Source: Desulfatiglandales bacterium (lineage in GTDB: Bacteria; Desulfobacterota; DSM-4660; Desulfatiglandales; Desulfatiglandaceae). From it: a stretch of DNA of 64,000 nucleotides. Every line of letters starts with the position of its first letter. Position 1 is the first letter of the stretch. Positions 57,206-64,000 of the stretch are shown here, piece by piece. The stretch spans positions 2,592,001 through 2,656,000 of the forward strand of contig OY759599.1 of NCBI GenBank assembly GCA_963662465.1, read 5' to 3'. A program made the translations under genes and the position numbers. The notes under the pieces were generated by a model. It did no database searches. It was not told the origin of the DNA and worked only from the letters and a program-made list of their open reading frames with translations.

Positions 57206-57751
57206 ATGAAAGTACTCAACCTATACTTTTCTTCAACCGGGAATACCGAGAAAGTGGCAAAGAAAATAGACGAAACGGTTCAGAAACTAGGTTACCCGGT
57301 GGATACGGTCAAAATCAGCGCAGAGGAACCTTCGCTCAACATTCTCGACTATGACTTCGTTTTTGTGGGAAGCGGGGTGTATGGCCAGATGCCGGGAAAA
57401 AATCTCATGGATCTTCACAGAGCGCTGCTTCAGCATTATGTCAAGGCAGGCGAGGTGAAACCCGGTTCCCCCAGGAGGCCCTCTTCCCATGTGGTGGTCT
57501 ATTGCACCTACGGCGGCGTTCACACGGGTATCAATGAAGCGATTCCGGCGGTTAAATACATGGGGCAACTCTTTGATCATCTGGGATTCAGCATCATCGA
57601 AGAATGGTATGTGGTGGGCGAATATAAATCAGATAAGCTTAAAAGCCATTCCGTGGGCGGCCGCCTGGGAGATATACGGGGAAGGCCGAACCAGGCCGAT
57701 CTAAAAGAGGTCGCCGAAAAAGTGAAGGGCGTACTTCTCTCTGTTGTCTGA
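57206..57751 (+). CDS. Flavodoxin-like protein
   Basis: YFSSTGNTEKVA FMN-binding loop. Confidence 0.82.
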   Translation: MKVLNLYFSSTGNTEKVAKKIDETVQKLGYPVDTVKISAEEPSLNILDYDFVFVGSGVYGQMPGKNLMDLHRALLQHYVKAGEVKPGSPRRPSSHVVVYCTYGGVHTGINEAIPAVKYMGQLFDHLGFSIIEEWYVVGEYKSDKLKSHSVGGRLGDIRGRPNQADLKEVAEKVKGVLLSVV

Positions 57752-57811
57752 TTCGCCCCCGATCCGCGAATCGATCCAACCCTAAAAGAAATCTTCAACG
57801 AATGGATAGAA

Positions 57812-58822
57812 ATGGATAATGACCACTTAAAATCAATCGAAAAATCTGCAATGGAAATATTTGATAAAGCAGAGAGAAGGAAAAAAGCCGGCAGAGATCA
57901 TTTTGAAGCTGGATGGCAGGCTACTTTGGAAATAATGCTTCTGATGGGTAAGAAGCGCATTGCCGAACAACCTGGGCAATTAGTGGCGATGCAGATTGAA
58001 AACCAGAAAGAATGGGAATTCTATCTGAACATAAAAGAAAAATTTGATCTACCGCCAGAAACTTCCGCTGTTTTGATAACACCGAGCGCTTTCAAAAGCA
58101 TCCCCAAGATTGAAAATGTAGAGGTTGGATATTTTGGACCAAAAGCATGGGAAAGGAATGCATATTCATTGATTATAAGTGATTTGGAAGATCATGAAAA
58201 AATCATGCAAGCTTCTCTGCCGGGCATTGAACACGCGGGAATAGATGTTTTTGACGATGGCAACCACTTGATTGATTATTCTTACAATACCATAGATGAA
58301 TGCATAGATGAATTAACAAAGACCACATGGATTCATTTCAATCCAGAAGGAAAATGGACCGATGAGCTGATAATCCGTTATACAGAAAACTGGTTTGCAA
58401 AAAGTCTGGAAATTGACCTGCAAAACTCCGAGATACATGAAGCGTTCAGCTATCTTCATCATCCGGAATTGCTCAATCTGACCCCTTTTGAATCGGCGTT
58501 CAAAGCATTGGGAGAAATCATCCCAAAAGGGTTCGAAACCCTTCAAGAAATGGTTGATACAACAAATGAACTCAACCGAGACTTTGAGTTTGATGATCCA
58601 ATTATTACCGTGGAGGGTATATTGCAGGACAATGAATCTGAAAGCCAAATACTGCTGGAGCGGATACACCTTGAAATTGACATGTCTTTACAGAGCCTGG
58701 AAGACATTAAAGGTGTGGATATTCCACTCCAGAACCGCTCAGGGGTTGAATATCAAAAGCTTTTTCATGAAACAACCCTTAAAATTTATGAAGCAGTAAC
58801 AGGACGACACTATCCGAAATGA
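57812..58822 (+). CDS. Hypothetical acidic protein, AT-rich
   Basis: 336-codon ORF; no family recognised. Confidence 0.7.
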   Translation: MDNDHLKSIEKSAMEIFDKAERRKKAGRDHFEAGWQATLEIMLLMGKKRIAEQPGQLVAMQIENQKEWEFYLNIKEKFDLPPETSAVLITPSAFKSIPKIENVEVGYFGPKAWERNAYSLIISDLEDHEKIMQASLPGIEHAGIDVFDDGNHLIDYSYNTIDECIDELTKTTWIHFNPEGKWTDELIIRYTENWFAKSLEIDLQNSEIHEAFSYLHHPELLNLTPFESAFKALGEIIPKGFETLQEMVDTTNELNRDFEFDDPIITVEGILQDNESESQILLERIHLEIDMSLQSLEDIKGVDIPLQNRSGVEYQKLFHETTLKIYEAVTGRHYPK

Positions 58823-58936
58823 CATCGGGAAAAGATAGCAACCATGGGCACAAGGTTTTTTCAAGCCCAAACTGTTTAGATTGTCAGGTTATGCTGTGAG
58901 TATTTCATTCCCTCCATTTGATTCCGCGAGATCTGA

Positions 58937-60073
58937 TCACTCAAGAGCCGGGATCAGGGTTTCAAATCGGCGAGTGCTGGAGGTTTCATACTGATGGCTC
59001 CCGGTCTCCGTCAGATCTCCACAACCCACTAAAAGCTCACAATGACTGAGGATTTCATTAATCGCCATGTGTTTTCCCGGCCCTTTGAGAAGAGATGGTT
59101 CAAAATGCCGGTGGACGATCTCTTCGGCCGTGCCATGACCCTTGGAGACGATATCAACGATGTCGGCACATCTCTGCACATGATGTTCAATGAGTTCATC
59201 AATCCGCTGAGTCAAATCGACGACATTCCACTGTCCATCATAGTAAAAACGGTGCGCTGGAAGTACCAGCATATCCGGATGTGCTGTACCCAGACGCCTG
59301 AGCTGCCTTAAAGACTGTAGATAGCAATGAAGGCCCAAAATCTCTTTTGGTTCCGGGAACATATGACCGATGACGCCGGCGATTTCGCCATACATCTCCA
59401 ACCGGGTCGGCCAGGGAGTAATCTGTGGCAGCAGGATATCGCCCACAATGACCGCCTCTTCACCCAGTATGACGGCAAGAGAATCCATGCTGTGACCAGG
59501 CAGATGGGAAGTAACAATGTCGGCACACAGACTGTTGACGCCACTGCCGACCACCTCCACTTCAACGTGTTGCAGCATCTGATGGTATTCTAGGCAGTTG
59601 ACGGTGTAAAACGATTCCGGCATAAAGCAATGCCAGCACTTTGCCGGAAAATGCCGTTTGTAGTCAGCTGGGGCCATATTTGGATACTGACGAATTAACA
59701 GATCATATATCGCATGAGCCTTGACCTTCAGCGAGGTCATATTCACTAATTCTGTTAGACCTCCGTCGTGGTCTTCATGACCGTGACTGATCAGTACAAA
59801 TCCCAGATCCGATGGCTTTACGCCGGCAGTGTCCATCATCTTCAGCAGTTGCTTGCCCTGTCCGTGCCGCCCCGCGTCCACAATAAATGGGGTGTCTGCC
59901 ATGACCGCGTAATTCCAGGTCGGTCCCAGGTTCCAGTTGCCTGAGTAGAAATTTTCTGTAGGAAGACCGAATATTTCGAGCCCGGACGGTAGCCTAAAGC
60001 GCACCACCATGCCATTTCCGCTCCTATCGCCATGTTCAATAATGTTTCTGTATTTCAAGGGATTGTTCTCCAT
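58937..60073 (-). CDS. MBL-fold metallo-hydrolase
   Basis: SHGHEDHDGG, PGHS, GD, PAH. Confidence 0.88.
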   Translation of the reverse strand: MENNPLKYRNIIEHGDRSGNGMVVRFRLPSGLEIFGLPTENFYSGNWNLGPTWNYAVMADTPFIVDAGRHGQGKQLLKMMDTAGVKPSDLGFVLISHGHEDHDGGLTELVNMTSLKVKAHAIYDLLIRQYPNMAPADYKRHFPAKCWHCFMPESFYTVNCLEYHQMLQHVEVEVVGSGVNSLCADIVTSHLPGHSMDSLAVILGEEAVIVGDILLPQITPWPTRLEMYGEIAGVIGHMFPEPKEILGLHCYLQSLRQLRRLGTAHPDMLVLPAHRFYYDGQWNVVDLTQRIDELIEHHVQRCADIVDIVSKGHGTAEEIVHRHFEPSLLKGPGKHMAINEILSHCELLVGCGDLTETGSHQYETSSTRRFETLIPALE

Positions 60074-60366
60074 TTAGTTAAGACTTGCGATTGAAAAAGC
60101 GCGATCCAAATATAAGCCTGTTCTGTGGCCAACCTAGCATAAATAGGGTGTGAGAGCAAATTGACGGAATGGTATTCTCAAAGAGCCGCTTTAATCTATT
60201 AGCGGTTAGCTTAATTCTACTTTGTCACTTTCCCACCAGCAATTCTCATTATAATGTCGTTTAATCACAAAACGCTGTTCAGACGGAATTCCGCCAAAAT
60301 TTCTCTCGGTTCTGAAAGCTGCGCCCACAAACACATCACGTTATACATCCAGTTTTATGTCGCGCC

Positions 60367-60457
60367 GTAGGGGCAATCCCCCCGTGGTTGCCCTGCCTGT
60401 CCTTTCTTTCGATGCTTGGACAGCATCAGCAGGGCAGGCACAGGGGCCTGCCCCTAC
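60367..60457. repeat. REPIN-like doublet of inverted GTAG REP-like palindromes
   Basis: GTAGGGGCAATCCCCCCGTGGTTGCCCT (60367, +) and AGGGCAGGCACAGGGGCCTGCCCCTAC (60431, -). Confidence 0.78.
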
Positions 60458-60474
60458 AATAACATCCAGCGCCT

Positions 60475-60660
60475 ATGGATCAAAATAACTTGAAACAAAA
60501 AGACCTGGTCGGGGTTTTGGGAGGAAAATCTACTGTTTCAGAGATACTGAACGGCAAAAGGTCCATGAACCTTCAACATCTCAGGGCACTGGCTGACAGA
60601 TTCCATGTTGAACCGGTAACATTCGTTTATCTTCATACTTTGCCGGCGGAGACCGGTTGA
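60475..60660 (+). pseudogene. C-terminal HTH half of a HigA-like antitoxin
   Basis: MDQNNLKQKDLVGVLGGKSTVSEILNGKRSMNLQHLRALADRFHV; no RBS, N-terminal half or toxin gene. Confidence 0.65.
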
Positions 60661-60810
60661 CCCAAAATCCATCCATATCCTGAAGCATATCAAAGTAGGA
60701 TTCCACCTTAAGAGCAATCCTCAGGATTTTTCCCACCTTCTTCCCTCTTGACTGGACCCATGAATGCATCTAAAATTGAAAGATCAATTTTTCATAAAGG
60801 AATGTTTCTG

Positions 60811-61767
60811 ATGTCCAATCAACCCGATTATGATTCCCCTTGGAAAGATATTCTGGAACGTTTTTTCTTCGACTTTGTTAGGTTCTTTTTCCCCGACGTT
60901 CACGCCGGTATTGACTGGGACAGAGAATGCACCTTTATGGACAAGGAGTTTCAGCAACTTGTCAGGGATTCGGAGATGGGACGCAGGCTTGCCGATAAAC
61001 TGGTCAGGGTGCATACCCGTGACGGCGAACCCCTCATGGTTTTGGCGCATATAGAGGTACAGGGGCAATATGAACGTGATTTCCCCGAGCGGATATATGT
61101 TTACAATTACCGGATTTATGACAAGTACCGCTGTCCCGTGGTGAGTCTTGCAGTGTTGACGGATGAAAACCCAACGTGGCGTCCCACTTCCTTCGGCTAC
61201 AAACAATGGGGATTCCGGCTCGAAATCGAATTTCCCATGACCAAGCTTTTGGATTATAATGACATGGCGATGCTGGAAAACAATCCCAATCCCTTTGCCA
61301 TCGTGGTCATGGCGCATTTAAAGGCGATGGAGACCCGTCATGCCCCCCAAAAACGGTTTGAGTGGAAATGGCGTCTTACCATGGCGTTGTACGATCGGGG
61401 ATATAAAAAACAGGATGTGATTCACCTTTTTCTATTCATCGACTGGATCATGACCCTTCCCGATGAACTGAAAAAAGATTTCTCAGAACGGATCATTGCT
61501 TATGAGGAGGAAAGAAAAATGAAATTTATCAGCAGTGTAGAAGAACTGGGCATGGAAAAAGGCATGGAAAAAGGCATGCTGGCAGATGCCAGGGAAATGG
61601 TTGCCGAAGTGCTTTCCACAAGGTTTTCTCAAATTCCTGAAAAGATCGTCAAAGCGATTTCTACCATTGAAGATCGAAAGATTTTGAAAGAACTCCTTAA
61701 AAAAGCAGTGTTAACCCAATCGCTGGAACAGTTTGAATCTGAATTTCAAAGCAATGCAAACTGTTGA
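60811..61767 (+). CDS. Rpn family (RpnC/YadD-like) PD-(D/E)xK nuclease / putative transposase
   Basis: DYDSPWK, DKE, ADKLV, HIEVQ, FPERIYVYNYRIYD, NPFA, FIDW, GMEKGMEKG. Confidence 0.9.
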   Translation: MSNQPDYDSPWKDILERFFFDFVRFFFPDVHAGIDWDRECTFMDKEFQQLVRDSEMGRRLADKLVRVHTRDGEPLMVLAHIEVQGQYERDFPERIYVYNYRIYDKYRCPVVSLAVLTDENPTWRPTSFGYKQWGFRLEIEFPMTKLLDYNDMAMLENNPNPFAIVVMAHLKAMETRHAPQKRFEWKWRLTMALYDRGYKKQDVIHLFLFIDWIMTLPDELKKDFSERIIAYEEERKMKFISSVEELGMEKGMEKGMLADAREMVAEVLSTRFSQIPEKIVKAISTIEDRKILKELLKKAVLTQSLEQFESEFQSNANC

Positions 61768-61771
61768 CGCC

Positions 61772-61798
61772 GTAGGGGCAGGCCCCCGTGCCTGCCCT
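61772..61798 (+). repeat. GTAG-type REP-like palindrome
   Basis: GTAGGGGCAGGCCCCCGTGCCTGCCCT, 4 nt after the Rpn stop. Confidence 0.8.
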
Positions 61799-61854
61799 GC
61801 CCCTGTGCCTACCCTGAAGATACGGTATGAACCACCAAACAAACCTCTCCCCTT

Positions 61855-62240
61855 TCAAAACCCCTTCATCATCCCCATAATCAGATACGGCACTTCCACC
61901 CTGCCCGTGGGCGCCAGAATCCGACTGTTGAAGTTGGTGGTGTATCGCTTTTTCAGCGTACGGGACAACTTCCGGTACTCTGTGGTATCGACGGCTTCGG
62001 CGACACTCACAAAGGTGCAGGCCGTGCATTCCGCCGGAATTTTCGGTCCCGTGTCGACGGAAAGCCGCCAGCCGTGGGTCACTGGCACCCCCAGTTACTT
62101 CATTATGGGAATGGCTTCATCCCTGACAAACCGGTTGTGTTCGTCTTCCTTGCCCGGTACGATGTCGTAATACTGGTTGAACTTCCAGGCGCCGGCCTGA
62201 ATGCTGAAGGTCCGGTCGCGAAATTGGACCTGTGGCCCCT
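61855..62240 (-). pseudogene. Disrupted gene remnant of unknown family
   Basis: WKFNQYYDIVPGKEDEHNRFV / frameshift / EAIPIMK*LGVPVTHGWRL...RILAPTGRVEVPY; GC-rich coding-like text with a stop and a frameshift. Confidence 0.55.
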
Positions 62241-63093
62241 GAACCCGTGAATGTGGGAAGATACATTATTTTATCACTTTTGAAAGCGCCAGGGCTGCGA
62301 AATCGCCTTGTCCCGCAACGCCTTCACCCCCGGTAACAGACCAGTTCCAACTGGGCGACGAGCTGACAACCACCAGAATGGCCCCTTCCTGAATCCAGCG
62401 CCCGCAAAGGCCCAGGACTCTTCATCTCATCATCATGGGTGTACAAATCCAAGGAATGGTCATGTTCCTCGCTAAAAACAACGCTCTTCTGGGCCACTCG
62501 TAGAATCTTTTTTGGTTCCACTACCAGAGGAGGTTTGCATTCTTATGACCGAAAGGGCAATAAAAGTTGCTCTTATACCTAAAATATAAAAAAATAGAAT
62601 GGTTATATTTGGGTGTTTCAGTTATTTTTGAACGGTGGGGGTTATTATGTAGAAAACTTTCACTTTACTTCATAAGGAATCCAAAAATGAAAATCACGTG
62701 CTTGGGTTACGATAAGATGGAGTTTAAATTAGATCCTCCTGAGGCAGGAATAGTAAAGATTATAACCTTCGTTTGCCCTGAGTGAGGAGAACGCACAGCT
62801 ATTTCGGAACTACCGGGTGGGGGATTGGTCATTGCAGTTGATACGTATCGGAAGGAAACCGTCAAATGGGCATCATTTTGTCTTCCAAATTAGATGCTGC
62901 ACTGGGATATACCGACCGTGAGGACTTAAATTGATGAGAGCTGGCCTTGCAAAAACAGGTCGAGAATGCTCAATCATTATAATCACTTGCGTTTCAGGCC
63001 GGCATAGTAACGTGGGCAATGAAACTGTGGTTCGATTGGGATGATCACTAAAAATAAGCTATCTTGTTTTATGGATTGAAAAGAGAAGAGTAC

Positions 63094-64000
63094 ATGGCAG
63101 ATCTACTTGATACTCAACAGATTCAAACATCTATTTCCAGGCTACTGGGTGAGGCAGCTAGACAGCTTGCTTCTTTTCTTGAGACGATATTGCCATCTCT
63201 TGTAGAGGATTGGTGGAAACAGGCCGTCGTCAACAACCTTTCATACCAACAACAACGCCGGGTCAAACAACACAACATTGAATCATTGGGATCTCTTGAC
63301 CTTGCAGCTTTGATTCGCATCCTCGATCAAAATTGGTATCAGATTTCCACAAAGCTGAACTTGGCCTCTGAATCCCGCCATTTTATCAAAGAAATGCAAA
63401 CAATTCGAAATCGTTGGGCACATTCTGGCACCGATGGATTCCCGGTCGATGATGTTTATCGTGACATGGATACCCTGCAACGGTTTGCAGCCGTCATAGA
63501 TGCGGACGAGGGATTTATAAAAGCGGTTCAAGCCGCAAAAGCGTCCTTATTGTCCAATAGATATCTCGAACATCATGAGAGGGCAGTTCCAGAGCAGCGA
63601 CCTAATCCGGGGGCTAAGGATGGTGGCACTGAGTTCAAGCCCGGACAAATCGTTTCCCTCAAATCAGATCCATCCATTAAGGGCGCTATTGTTGGGGTTT
63701 TCCCCGGTATTCCGGAGAATCGTTTCAAGGTTTTTGTGGATGGGGACACGCAAGCTTACTATGCATCTCAACTCCAAACTGATGATCAACCAGATGACGA
63801 TTTTCAACTCCTAAAAATAAATCAATTTCACTCGTATCTTACATCCCTTCAAATTCGATATCCTGGACTATCGACACTCTATTCGCTTAACGCTGCCCGC
63901 ATTGACTTCATTCCTTACCAATTCAGGCCTGTTCTAAAATTCATCCGATCGGACCGCCCCAGATTGCTTATCGCCGACGGTGTGGGTGTGAGAAAAACCA
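63094..64000 (+). CDS. Swt1-like HEPN domain fused to an SNF2/RapA-type helicase (partial, runs off the window end)
   Basis: Missing from the ORF track. Hand translation: MADLLD...LDLAALIRILDQNW...IRNRWAH (Rx4H)...ARIDFIPYQFRPVLKFIRSDRPRLLIADGVGVRKT. Confidence 0.85.
   Translation, partial: MADLLDTQQIQTSISRLLGEAARQLASFLETILPSLVEDWWKQAVVNNLSYQQQRRVKQHNIESLGSLDLAALIRILDQNWYQISTKLNLASESRHFIKEMQTIRNRWAHSGTDGFPVDDVYRDMDTLQRFAAVIDADEGFIKAVQAAKASLLSNRYLEHHERAVPEQRPNPGAKDGGTEFKPGQIVSLKSDPSIKGAIVGVFPGIPENRFKVFVDGDTQAYYASQLQTDDQPDDDFQLLKINQFHSYLTSLQIRYPGLSTLYSLNAARIDFIPYQFRPVLKFIRSDRPRLLIADGVGVRKT

Noticed and set aside
62324..62785. Short ORFs 62324-62521 and 62567-62785 as genes
   Set aside because: Non-ATG starts, no RBS and no motif; more likely decayed or intergenic DNA

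Overview
This 64-kb window looks like chromosome from an anaerobic, deltaproteobacterium-like (Desulfobacterota-like) organism, inferred from gene content only. 1-24.5 kb (minus strand) is a flagellar basal-body/hook cluster: two tandem flgE paralogues, flgD, a 1,967-aa FliK built from about 18.5 tandem 78-aa repeats, fliJIHGFE, flgCB, three sigma54 activators with readable sigma54 promoters, a CheX-CheX-FliN fusion and a J-domain-receiver protein. 24.5-28.6 kb is bioA-F-D-B. 30.9-37.0 kb is the most striking accessory block: a diversity-generating retroelement (DGR). It has a PEGA+FGE/CLec target whose variable region (VR) differs from a template repeat (TR) at 21 adenines, a 32-bp hairpin, an HRDC accessory gene and a heavily deleted reverse transcriptase (RT). 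It sits between two co-oriented, probably exported proteins: a DUF4384-like protein and a TPR-caspase with an intact His/Cys dyad. 37-58 kb holds metabolic and housekeeping genes (MBL-rhodanese, minCDE-xdhA, a second Mo-hydroxylase trimer with TetR, NUDIX, class I fumarase, DUF89, SSS transporter). The right end is accessory/defence-like: REP-like palindromes, a HigA remnant, an Rpn nuclease with an internal ribosome-binding site, pseudogenes and the start of a HEPN-SNF2 helicase. No rRNA, tRNA or CRISPR array was recognised. All family calls come from reading motifs by eye, not from database searches.
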